Shown piece after piece: positions 50,887-60,492 of a stretch of DNA of 64,000 nucleotides. Below the pieces are notes generated by a model, which was not told where the DNA came from, searched no databases, and saw only the letters and a list, made by a program, of their open reading frames with translations. The DNA comes from a virus (lineage: Duplodnaviria; Caudoviricetes), in the IMG/VR virus record IMGVR_UViG_3300035208_004923, positions 320,001 to 384,000 of that record. One strand, written 5' to 3'. Numbering within the stretch: the stretch's first letter is position 1; the number at the start of each line of letters is the position of its first letter. The translations under genes were made by a program, and so were the position numbers.

Positions 50887-50888
50887 AT

Positions 50889-51299
50889 TTATTCAAATTT
50901 ATAAGATTTCAGTGTTTGAAATCTTTTTGTTAAATCGTCAATTTCTTCTGGAAAGCAAGGTCCTATACCTATGCATGTTATTGTCGGTTCAGTGAAAACT
51001 GTATAACCTGCATCTTTTATTATTGCAACAGGAATGTTTCTTGCTTTCACATCTTCTGCTAACTTTAATAATTTGTCAAGACTTTTGCATCCCAATATAA
51101 TTTTAACAAATGGTCCATCTAACCAAAGTTGTAAAGCAGAACCTTCCTTTGTAATTAATGTTCGAACGTCGCCAGACTTTGTCATTTGATTATACACAGG
51201 TGCTTCACTTGCATGCGATATTTGTGCACCTAATTTGCCCATTGGCATAACTAAATCGGTTCTTACAACAATAACTTGTTTTGGTAAATTTTGAGGCAT
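50889..51299 (-). CDS. peptidyl-tRNA hydrolase, Pth2 type
   Basis: KQVIVVRTDL.M..GK..AQ..HA, DAG.T, TCIGIGP. Confidence 0.92.
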   Translation of the reverse strand: MPQNLPKQVIVVRTDLVMPMGKLGAQISHASEAPVYNQMTKSGDVRTLITKEGSALQLWLDGPFVKIILGCKSLDKLLKLAEDVKARNIPVAIIKDAGYTVFTEPTITCIGIGPCFPEEIDDLTKRFQTLKSYKFE

Positions 51300-51322
51300 A
51301 TTGCTTTTTATTTGTTTGATTT

Positions 51323-51348
51323 ATATATACATAACTATCCGTTAGTTT
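51323..51348 (-). promoter_or_regulatory. class II promoter
   Basis: AAACT-N12-TGTATATAT. Confidence 0.65.
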
Positions 51349-52490
51349 TCTACTATATGCAGTTCATGCGCTTCAATATTCAACGGCACTTCTAATTTTT
51401 TGCGCATTTTATCCATCACGCATAACGGAACTTGTTCTTTTTCTGTTCTGCTTAAATTTTGTTTTACACAATCAGCATAAGGTGTTGCAATAAAAATTAT
51501 TTTTACATACGCCTTATACGAAGTGAACAATGAAATAAGTCCTTCTCTCATTTGTCTTGTTATGTTAGTTGCATTCCAAACAAAATCAATTCCTTTTGCC
51601 ATATATTCTTTGGCAGTTTTCTTTGCTTCTTGAATAACACGACCTTGTTCATCAGTCGGCTTTATTTTTAATCTTCTTCGTATTTCGTCTAAAGATATCA
51701 CAGGTATTCCTGACATATGTTTCGATATGTAATAATCTTTACCCGAACCAGGCAAACCTACCATCATGCATACGGTTGATTTTGTATCATCAAACGGACA
51801 ATCTGAATGATGATGTGTTCTTTCAACAAGATACTTATATTTTGCAATTCCTGTTCCGAATTCGTATGCACCGTCAATAAGATCCAAATCAAAAGCTAAT
51901 AATAAAAAGTAATCAATTGCTTCAAGTCTTTTATCAATGTCTGATGCAATTCTTCCTTTAAAATCACTTTTTGTCATGTAATAAAGATTGTCCATTCTGC
52001 AATCTTGTGACATTTTAATAATTGAACGTTCTTGTTCTTCTCTTGTTTTATCAATAAGCCATGTAGGTTTTCCATGATATAGAATAAGATTGCAAATTTC
52101 GATACGATCCAAAATAGGCATCTTATCACCATTAATTATTGATACTTTAAGGTTCTCTAATAATTCCCATGCAATTTTTGCGCCTGTTGCTTCGTGTCCA
52201 TGTGCTCTAATTTTGCCATCCTCTAATTTTGAGACTATCGGTTTTGCAATATCATGAAGTAACAATGCATAATTTATAATTGTTATGTCATGCGCGCATA
52301 ACGATAATTCTTCATCAATTCCGTCAAGTTCATTACAAATTTTTTCAAATTCGTCAAGAACCATTTTTGTATGTGTTAGCACATCGCCTTCACCGTGCCA
52401 GTCTGGATTTTGTTCGCATAATGACATTGCATTTAAGTATGGATGCAATTCTTTCCATTGCGGAACAACATAATCATAAAATTTACTCAT
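51342..52490 (-). CDS. HD phosphohydrolase fused to P-loop polynucleotide-kinase-like domain
   Basis: WHGEGDV..HT, LLHDIAK, GLPGSGK, WNATN. Confidence 0.88.
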   Translation of the reverse strand: MSKFYDYVVPQWKELHPYLNAMSLCEQNPDWHGEGDVLTHTKMVLDEFEKICNELDGIDEELSLCAHDITIINYALLLHDIAKPIVSKLEDGKIRAHGHEATGAKIAWELLENLKVSIINGDKMPILDRIEICNLILYHGKPTWLIDKTREEQERSIIKMSQDCRMDNLYYMTKSDFKGRIASDIDKRLEAIDYFLLLAFDLDLIDGAYEFGTGIAKYKYLVERTHHHSDCPFDDTKSTVCMMVGLPGSGKDYYISKHMSGIPVISLDEIRRRLKIKPTDEQGRVIQEAKKTAKEYMAKGIDFVWNATNITRQMREGLISLFTSYKAYVKIIFIATPYADCVKQNLSRTEKEQVPLCVMDKMRKKLEVPLNIEAHELHIVEN

Positions 52491-52493
52491 TTC

Positions 52494-53687
52494 TTATAAT
52501 TTTAATAGTCCTTGTTCAATATGTCCCGAATATAATTCTCTAAGTTTATCGTGTCCGATATTCAATATTTCAGATTCAAGTTTCGCTCTCCTCCAATTTT
52601 TCGACCAATGTTCATCGGTTTTCACATGTTTTGCTCTTACATATTTGTAAACAGAATTGTAAAACATGTCATTTGGAAATTCTTCTTGTATTCTAGCAAC
52701 CACGCCTTCTTTAGGTGATTCAAATATCATATCGTTCGATAAATGAGATGTGTGTGTCATCAAATCATTTATTATGTCTTCCATTGTTTGCGGCTGTTGA
52801 ACACGGAATTTATTTTCAACTCGCCAGTTTGATGAATCAACTCTGAAAAGAATCGGAACAGTTACAAAATCAAACATTTTTGCCCAATATTCTGTTTCCT
52901 CCCACGATAAGAAAACATCATGTTTCATATTTCTTACACCAAATACGTAAAAGTGTTCCTGCAATCCAGAATAAATAATAGAATGCTCACCATACATATT
53001 TTCGCCACAAATTTCAAGGTCGAAATCTTTTAAATCATTTTTGATTGAATCCCATTTGGGTTTAAGCCATTGCGCCCATGGGTTTTTTGTTGGTGCTGTT
53101 CGTGATCTTGCAAATAAACCGTATTGTGAAATACTTGTGTTTTCGCCATCAAGTTTTTCTGTTATGATAACAGGTCTTTTGTAAAGAATATTTGTATTTT
53201 TTGCAATCCTATCATCTGATGTTGTACCAGGTGAAAATGGAAAATGATAAGTTCGAGGATACTTATCAACAATAGGATCATACGGTTTATCGAAATCTTT
53301 AAGACGAGATTGTATGATCTTTTGAACATTTGCATTGCGGAAGATATATCCTTTCAATCTTCGTCCATCTTTTAAAATTGGATTTCCCCATTTATCATAA
53401 TCCATAACAAATTCGTTAAGTGATAAATCGGAAGGATATAATATGTTTTTTATTTTTGCGTGCGATCTTAAAAATTCGCAAGATATTTCAGTTTCCTCTG
53501 CCAACATATGATGTTCAAAACACAATGAAACACCGTTATCTAAATAATAACCGCCGTCATCGAATAACGAACGGTCGATTATATGATGTGCATCAACTGC
53601 AGGTTTTCCGCATATAACGCATTTATGATTATCTCGTTTGAATACAGATTCTTTGAATTCTGTTCTATTTAACAATGTCTGATTCAT
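52494..53687 (-). CDS. HNH domain fused to ATP-dependent RNA ligase
   Basis: CVICG..DAHHI..N..LC..HH; KYPRT.H, TEKLDGEN, GEN, EGVVAR, KYVR. Confidence 0.88.
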   Translation of the reverse strand: MNQTLLNRTEFKESVFKRDNHKCVICGKPAVDAHHIIDRSLFDDGGYYLDNGVSLCFEHHMLAEETEISCEFLRSHAKIKNILYPSDLSLNEFVMDYDKWGNPILKDGRRLKGYIFRNANVQKIIQSRLKDFDKPYDPIVDKYPRTYHFPFSPGTTSDDRIAKNTNILYKRPVIITEKLDGENTSISQYGLFARSRTAPTKNPWAQWLKPKWDSIKNDLKDFDLEICGENMYGEHSIIYSGLQEHFYVFGVRNMKHDVFLSWEETEYWAKMFDFVTVPILFRVDSSNWRVENKFRVQQPQTMEDIINDLMTHTSHLSNDMIFESPKEGVVARIQEEFPNDMFYNSVYKYVRAKHVKTDEHWSKNWRRAKLESEILNIGHDKLRELYSGHIEQGLLKL

Positions 53688-53704
53688 ATATAATTTATTT
53701 TATA

Positions 53705-53730
53705 TTATATACACAAAGTGTTCAAAGTTT
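53705..53730 (-). promoter_or_regulatory. class II promoter
   Basis: AAACT-N12-TGTATATAA. Confidence 0.75.
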
Positions 53731-53736
53731 ATAAAT

Positions 53737-54653
53737 TTATGATTTTAAAATTTCTGGCCATGCTGCATAATCAACATTTTCAGACATGCAATATTCGCGA
53801 ACTGAACGCTTTTGAGCAGCAGACATTTTATCAGGCAATACAAAATTAGGTGGGTCAGTCCAACCTAATATACGAGCCCATCCCATATCTTGTAGAATTT
53901 CATAATGATATTTGCCAAATTGCTTTTCAACAAATCCGTATTTATCGCAAAGTTCTGGACAATTGTCTTTTAAGTAATCTGCAGCAAATTCTTCATGACA
54001 CGCAAAACCTACCCAATGAACATGGCCTGACGGTTCAATCCAACAAGATTTATATGTTCTACGAACAACTTCAATACTTACTTCTTCAATTTTTTTAAGT
54101 TCTTTTGTTCCTTCGGTTTTTGCAACTTTTGGTTTTCTTGTTGCTTTCTTGCGTTTTTTTGCAAACACTAGTCTGCCTTCAATAACAGGAACAGATAAAA
54201 TAGTATCATACGGTTTTGCATTTGTTTTCTTGAATGAAAGAACAACCCATTCAAATACTAATTGAAAATCGAATTCTCTGCATAATGAAGGTATTTGGTC
54301 GTCAACCCAATTTCTTGCTTCATATATTGAGTCGAATGTTGTATCTTCAATAACAGTTTCAAAAACTGCTTTGTAAAAAGATGCATTCTCGCAATACGTA
54401 CAATAAAATATGAGTTTTGTGTTTTTCATTATATTAAAACTTTAACAATTTTTGAATCAAAAGATCCATTACTTTCAACGATAACAAATTGCTTGGGATA
54501 CTTTGAATTTTCATTTAAATTTATCGCATGAATTTCACATTCTTCAGCAGAATCAAAATAATGTTTAAATTTACCGGTTGCTGTTTTTGAATTTTTATTA
54601 CCTTGTACTCTTAGTGAGCCGTATTGATAATAATATAAAAGATATGTTAACAT
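53737..54653 (-). CDS. two hypothetical proteins (53737-54429, 54429-54653)
   Basis: ORFs after a class I promoter. Confidence 0.65.
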
Positions 54654-54664
54654 TTTTTGTTTGT

Positions 54665-54713
54665 TTAATTGTTAAAAATCAAATATACAACATTAATGAA
54701 GCAATAGCAATAG
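54665..54713 (-). promoter_or_regulatory. class I promoter
   Basis: repeat copy. Confidence 0.8.
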
Positions 54714-54721
54714 ATTATGCA

Positions 54722-55063
54722 TTAAAATTTTTCTGGCTCTCCTTGTTTTTCTTCAATTAATTTGTAAAATTCTGCATGAATTCCAGGCCAAGATGAATGC
54801 ACTCTATATGCAGGAAATTTAACATTTTGTTTTTCGCATTCTTTTTTCAAATATTCAGCACAATCCAAACCTGTTTTAGGACCAAGTATGTTATAATCGA
54901 AAGATACAAAATTTGGAATACCGTTTTCCTCAATTACATTGATAAAATCGCCATACGATAACGCTAATTTGAATTCCGCAGTATCATAAATTGATTCATC
55001 ACCAGGATAATCACGACAATGTTTTGGTTGACGTTCATCGTCAAGAAATAAATTATAACTCAT
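54722..55063 (-). CDS. cyclic-phosphate-processing receiver-domain-like protein
   Basis: LFLDDER.P, VSFDY..LG, TG.DCA, VHS. Confidence 0.75.
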   Translation of the reverse strand: MSYNLFLDDERQPKHCRDYPGDESIYDTAEFKLALSYGDFINVIEENGIPNFVSFDYNILGPKTGLDCAEYLKKECEKQNVKFPAYRVHSSWPGIHAEFYKLIEEKQGEPEKF

Positions 55064-55556
55064 AAGTTGCAAGTTTTTCGTTTAATTCGTTAATGTATTT
55101 TTGGTAAGAATTGATTGTGTTTTTTATTTCAGCAATTTTACGTTCGCGAACAAGTTTTATTTTTGTTGCAATTTCTTCATCGGTTGCTTTGCGAAATTGC
55201 CCTAGCATTAAACCCATATCAGAATCAGCAACTGAAACCGTTTCACCATAGTTATAGAATTTTTCAATTTGATATGCTTCACCAACGTTTCCTTCGCTAT
55301 TGTAATTTACGTAGTATTCAGCAAATCTTTTTCCTTTTACCGGAGCGTGATTATCTAAAGCAGTAACCCAATCACCAACTTTTAAATTTTCAAATGATGT
55401 TATCATGCCTTGTTTAAGATATGACTCATACATTTCTTTTGCTTCGGAATAATTTTCAGGTTTGTACGGATATAAATTACGCAATGTTTTCAACATTTTT
55501 GCCGAATGATTACGGTATGCAGTTGATGCGTTTATATATTTTTTATTGGTTTCCAT
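55053..55556 (-). CDS. hypothetical protein (possibly frameshifted 5' end to 55666)
   Basis: 167-aa ORF; frame stays open upstream. Confidence 0.65.
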   Translation of the reverse strand: METNKKYINASTAYRNHSAKMLKTLRNLYPYKPENYSEAKEMYESYLKQGMITSFENLKVGDWVTALDNHAPVKGKRFAEYYVNYNSEGNVGEAYQIEKFYNYGETVSVADSDMGLMLGQFRKATDEEIATKIKLVRERKIAEIKNTINSYQKYINELNEKLATYEL

Positions 55557-55687
55557 AATGAGTGCTGCGCGATTAACACCTGCGGTATTGCAAAGGGAAT
55601 TATCTTTAACGATATGAGATATAAGACGTTTATATATGCAATGATTTCTTTTGGATTTGTTATCATATTTTTAAAATTTTGTTTTGT

Positions 55688-55735
55688 TTAATTGTTAAAA
55701 TCAAATATACAACATTAATGAAGCAATAGCAATAG
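55688..55735 (-). promoter_or_regulatory. class I promoter
   Basis: repeat copy. Confidence 0.8.
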
Positions 55736-56556
55736 TTATGCAACTTTTTTTATTTTTAATGTTAACATAAATTTTGACATCAACAAATCTCGAAATCTTC
55801 TAAGAACTTCGGGCTTATCCATTTCTGAACCAATTTTGACTGTAAAGAAAATATCAAATTCGTCATGTTTAATATAAGTACCGCCGCATTGCGCCGCGCC
55901 TACAAATAAGTATTGTAATGCTTTTTCTGCCGTCATTTTATTTAAAGATAAATTTAACAATTGCTATCTGTTCATCAACGGTATATCCGTTTTTTATTCC
56001 TTCTTCAATATCTTTTGATATGTTATTCATGCGAACAATAATTCTATCATCTGATAAGAATTCTTGCCAATCAGATTCATTCATCCAAGATTCTCTGAAA
56101 ACATCTGATAGCAATTTTTTGATTTCTTTTTCGTATTTCATATTACCCGAAAATTACTTCTTGATACACTATTGATTGTAAAAGCGAATCTGCAGTACAT
56201 GCATCATCATTGCCTTCAACGTAATCAATTAAAGTTGTTGCCGGTGCAAACTTGTAGTTTTCATGCACCATTTCTAGGGTAATTTCGCGATTATATTCGC
56301 CTTCGCATTCCTCATCAATAATTTGCAATGTTTTACCATTTCTCAATATTTCAACAAGTACATCTTCGAAACAAATAGTTTCACTTGGGATTTCGTTGTT
56401 CAACATTTTTGCTTTAAGTGAACATTTTGCATCAAGATAATCGGATTGCATATAGTCAAGTCGTAAACCGTATCCTTGGAATTCAGAAATTCCGCCATTG
56501 CATAAAGCTGAATGAAAGTATTCTTCAGCTTCTTTTTTTGATAAAATAATTTCCAT
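55736..56556 (-). CDS. three hypothetical proteins (55736-55960, 55938-56141, 56143-56556)
   Basis: packed ORFs. Confidence 0.65.
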
Positions 56557-56560
56557 ATTC

Positions 56561-56957
56561 TTATTTTGCTAAAAGTGAATCAAATATTTCTTTTTGCGAT
56601 TTTGTCATATCAGGAACGTATATGAATTCATAATTCTCATATGCATGTTCGATACGTAACATTTTTACTCGTCTTGAATAAATGCCATTTGCTGTTTCTT
56701 CAATTTGCTCGATGATATCATCAGTATCATCAGTATGTGGTTTTGCTACTGCAATTGCGGTTAGTCTTGCAATGTATTCTGCTTTTTCTTTTTGCAAGGA
56801 ATCAGGAACTTCGTCGTTAATTGATATTTTGTACTTTGGATACTCCTGGCTTTTCCATTGCGCCTTTTGATTTTGGTGTACACGCAATAACAAATAATGT
56901 TAAAATTATAGCAATAGCATTGGCAGATACAACAAAACGTGTGATATAACATTTCAT
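56561..56957 (-). pseudogene. frameshifted putative lipoprotein
   Basis: ATG 56957 gives lipobox LFVIA-C then stop; body continues in +1 frame. Confidence 0.5.
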
Positions 56958-56976
56958 AATTTTAAGATTTAAGATT

Positions 56977-57027
56977 TATCAATTAATTAAAATCAAATAT
57001 ACAACATTATGAATGCAATAGCAATGG
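56977..57027 (-). promoter_or_regulatory. class I promoter
   Basis: repeat copy. Confidence 0.8.
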
Positions 57028-57055
57028 TTTATGCAAATATTTTCAAAAAATGTGT

Positions 57056-57085
57056 AAAAAAAAAGGAACCCGATTGAGTTCCTTT
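57056..57085 (-). terminator. intrinsic terminator
   Basis: minus strand AAAGGAACTC-AATC-GGGTTCCTTT followed by T run. Confidence 0.8.
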
Positions 57086-57107
57086 GTGATGTTATAATAA
57101 TGTATGT

Positions 57108-57749
57108 TTATTTGTTATATTTCTTACCGCTGAATACATCGGATTTGATGACATAGTTTACTAATTTTTGAGATCCCATGTCAAATAAGTTATTTGTTGA
57201 AACAATAAAACACCAATCAGAATACATTTTTATAACAAATACATCCTTTGCAACTTCGTTTACTTTGCCGCCATCATGCGACAATTTCTTTAACGCTAAT
57301 TTAGGACTATCTGCAGATACTGTTGTTGAACCGTAGTTATTGCCTCTATTTGCTAATGCGCTTTCAATTGCTCCTTTGATTGTTTCTTTACCGACGCCGC
57401 CCATGCTAACACTTATGACATAATATTCTGTTCCGTATTCGATAAGACCCCACTTATTTAATTGTTTTGCAATTGCTGGATATTTTTCTGGCGTAAATAA
57501 ATCAAAGTGTGATTCAAAGTCAGAAATTTCTACATCACTATAATGTTCTTGATTAGGATTTGCATACGTTAAGTATACATACTGTTTTTTTGGAGAATAT
57601 TGTGCAGCTTTCTTTATATACGGTTCTCCCTTTAAAAACCTTCCTATGTCACCATTCAAATTACTTGTGCATATATAAATTTCTAATGGCTTTTTAGCAG
57701 CTTCATTAACAAATTCAAAGCTATCAAATGTAGGTATTCTGTTTTTCAT
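57108..57749 (-). CDS. RIP-leader protein
   Basis: MKNRIPTFDSFEFVNEA. Confidence 0.8.
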   Translation of the reverse strand: MKNRIPTFDSFEFVNEAAKKPLEIYICTSNLNGDIGRFLKGEPYIKKAAQYSPKKQYVYLTYANPNQEHYSDVEISDFESHFDLFTPEKYPAIAKQLNKWGLIEYGTEYYVISVSMGGVGKETIKGAIESALANRGNNYGSTTVSADSPKLALKKLSHDGGKVNEVAKDVFVIKMYSDWCFIVSTNNLFDMGSQKLVNYVIKSDVFSGKKYNK

Positions 57750-57751
57750 AA

Positions 57752-58324
57752 TTACTTTTTCTTTTTATTGCATTCGTATAAATTTGATGTAATTTGTGGT
57801 GGCAATTGCTCAAATTTCATATCAGCATATTTTTCACAATCATCAGGATCTTCGCACGCGCCAGATACTGCTTCACATCTATCATCAAAACTCATTTTAT
57901 CCCATGTTTGTTTTGTAATAAGAACTTGTTTGCCTTCATTTGTTTTGATTTCATCATACAGTTCTTTCAACTTCTTACCGCCAAATTTGCTTATAAGATT
58001 TTTAAATTCGTCTTTGAATCTTTTTTCAAATTCCGCAAAAGTATCGCATTCATCAGCTAATGCATAAACGTCAGAAAGATCTGATTCGTTTACAAAACTT
58101 TCATTTGTTTCGCTTTGAACTCTGTTATACAACTCGTGCAATTTCACACCTTTAAAATTACGAACAAATTGTTTAAAATCTACGTTAAATCTTTTGTCGA
58201 ATTCTTCAAATGTATCACATTCTTTTGCTAACGATTCTATATCAGATAGTATGTCAGATATTTCTTTTTCATTAACTTTTGATTCGTTGATGTATTCATC
58301 GAGTGTAGGTATTCTTCTTTCCAT
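57752..58324 (-). CDS. RIP-leader protein with duplicated helical module and internal xNE sites
   Basis: MERRIPTLDEYINESKVNE; LA.ECDTF.EF.KRF x2. Confidence 0.8.
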   Translation of the reverse strand: MERRIPTLDEYINESKVNEKEISDILSDIESLAKECDTFEEFDKRFNVDFKQFVRNFKGVKLHELYNRVQSETNESFVNESDLSDVYALADECDTFAEFEKRFKDEFKNLISKFGGKKLKELYDEIKTNEGKQVLITKQTWDKMSFDDRCEAVSGACEDPDDCEKYADMKFEQLPPQITSNLYECNKKKK

Positions 58325-58339
58325 TATATGTACTTTATT

Positions 58340-58349
58340 TTATATATTC
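58340..58349 (-). promoter_or_regulatory. class III promoter GAATATATAA
   Basis: heads leader pair. Confidence 0.65.
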
Positions 58350-58352
58350 CAA

Positions 58353-59759
58353 TTATTTAATAGCATTTATATAATAATTTCGCTCAAAGTATTTAGTCAA
58401 ACTTCCATGCATATCAGGACCATAATTTTTGAATGATTTTTCTAAATTTGAATACGATGGCCTTTGGAATACCGTCATGGGAACTGCAAGATACGATTTG
58501 TCATTTCTTTGAATATCGCATAAAATCCAATCCCATATGTCTCTAAGGTTATTATCGTTTAAATCTGTTATATGTTCTGTTCTTTTAATAATTTCATCAA
58601 ATACCGTATGATTGTAACATATTGCATGCGCTAACAAACCTTCCTTCAATTTCAATAAATTGGCAGATGATTGAAAAACATAAGTATTTAACCAAACGCC
58701 AAAATACAAAAGTTCCCAATCAGTTTCCTGCACTTGACACGTTGCTTTATAAATTGTATTATGAACAGACTTTGCATTACGGAAAATTACATCATCTTCA
58801 AATATCAGGATATTTTTTAATCCTTTATCTTTTGCATATTTTATTAATGTAGAAAAAGATTTCAAACAGCCTAACGGGCCATTTTCATTTTCGATTGCAG
58901 AGAATCTTTTAACCCTATCTTTAATTCCAATTGCATCAAATTCGATTAAGCATTCTTCCCATCTATCTTTACGGCTATCTAAATTGATACACCAAATTTC
59001 TTCAAAAAAATCAAATGGATTGTGTAAAGGCTCACTGTTTATCGTTTTGAATTGTGGCGTTATACCAGCAGCAATTAATTCGGTTGAAAATGTTTCTTCT
59101 GATTCAATAAAATCTTTTATGTATCTTTGGTTATACATTTTAATACAAAGATTCTTATGGTAATCAATTACGTTTTGAGCGTCAGAATACGATTCATATT
59201 GCAATGCAATCATGGGTGATGCCATTACTGTTATGTTATCATATTGTAATTTTTGCAATTTTACATCGTATATGTTTTCATGCGTATCGGTATACGAATT
59301 TTCATTGAATAATGATATTACTGAATCGTATATGTTTGCATTATAGCAAACAGCATGTGTATACGCAGCATCACGTATTTTTGCAAGGTTAGGTCGAATA
59401 TGTCCAAAATCATGAACTACATATGCACCAAAATAAAATAAAGACCAATTGATTTCTTTTAATTGATTTACGCAGTTGCTTATTGTATTGATGTCAGCTG
59501 TAAATTCTACATCATCCTCAAATATAAGAATGTTTTTCAATCCTTTATCTTTTGCATATTTAATTATTGCAACATTCGATTTTATAATTCCATCGATGTG
59601 TGATTCGTGATTTTCAATTGCCGAAAACCGTTGAACACGATGCTCTATGCCAATTTTAGAAAATTCTTCAAGCGCATGATTCCATCTGTCTTTTCGACGG
59701 TCTAAATTAATACACCAAATTTCTTCAAAAAAATCAAAAGGGTTTGTGTCTATTGACAT
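58353..59759 (-). CDS. tandem double glycosyltransferase (GT25-like)
   Basis: NPFDFFEEIWCINLD.RKDRW...RFSAI...ILIFEDDV twice. Confidence 0.85.
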   Translation of the reverse strand: MSIDTNPFDFFEEIWCINLDRRKDRWNHALEEFSKIGIEHRVQRFSAIENHESHIDGIIKSNVAIIKYAKDKGLKNILIFEDDVEFTADINTISNCVNQLKEINWSLFYFGAYVVHDFGHIRPNLAKIRDAAYTHAVCYNANIYDSVISLFNENSYTDTHENIYDVKLQKLQYDNITVMASPMIALQYESYSDAQNVIDYHKNLCIKMYNQRYIKDFIESEETFSTELIAAGITPQFKTINSEPLHNPFDFFEEIWCINLDSRKDRWEECLIEFDAIGIKDRVKRFSAIENENGPLGCLKSFSTLIKYAKDKGLKNILIFEDDVIFRNAKSVHNTIYKATCQVQETDWELLYFGVWLNTYVFQSSANLLKLKEGLLAHAICYNHTVFDEIIKRTEHITDLNDNNLRDIWDWILCDIQRNDKSYLAVPMTVFQRPSYSNLEKSFKNYGPDMHGSLTKYFERNYYINAIK

Positions 59760-59761
59760 AT

Positions 59762-60492
59762 TTATTCTTTATGAAAGATTGCTTCTAATATTTTGTTATC
59801 TGATTCCAAGAATTCTTGTACCTCAGCATAAGGTTTTAAAACAATGTATATTTCATTTACACCGTTTTTATCTTTTGTTCCAATAAATTCGATGCGGGTT
59901 GTATGTTTCTCTCTCCAGTTATTTGATATTTTACAAGTTCCTAAGATTAGAGTTTCTGCACCGCCGTTGATTATTTTCATGATTTCATAACATTATTTTA
60001 TGTTATGGAGTTTTAAGTGATGCTACGCATTCTCTATAGCATGTCCACAATTTATTATCAATTTCGTATAACTTATTAACGTTTTCACGTTCGTCAGACC
60101 AAGGAATTTGAACTTTAAAATGATACACATTTTCTAGAACTTTGCCTGTTCCGTTACAATTTTCGCATGTCACAAAAGTACTATCTCTAAATCCATGTTC
60201 CTCTCGTTTACCACTGCCTTTACACGTTTCGCATAACTTAATATCCATTGTTTTATATATTACTTTGTTGTTGGACTTTCGAATGTTTATCTGATACTTT
60301 GGCACGTTCTTTTTCTAATGCACGTGTGATTTTACTCTTTGGAAAGAAAACCCTAATTAAAGAAACCGGAACTAAGGGTGCCCACCAAAATGTTAACCAA
60401 ATAGGAATATGTCCTATTGCAAATAATGAAACTAAAATTGCAACAACTGCTATTCCGATTGTTCCAAAAAATATGTAATCAGCTATTCTCAT
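59762..60492 (-). CDS. three small proteins (59762-59980; 60003-60248 DnaJ-type CxxCxGxG Zn finger; 60253-60492 membrane)
   Basis: CETCKGSG..CENCNGTG; two hydrophobic segments. Confidence 0.65.

Noticed and set aside
538-57027. Dispersed ~50-bp repeats as CRISPR repeats or IS ends
   Set aside because: Kilobases apart, always just upstream of start codons, no spacer periodicity, no cas or transposase genes.
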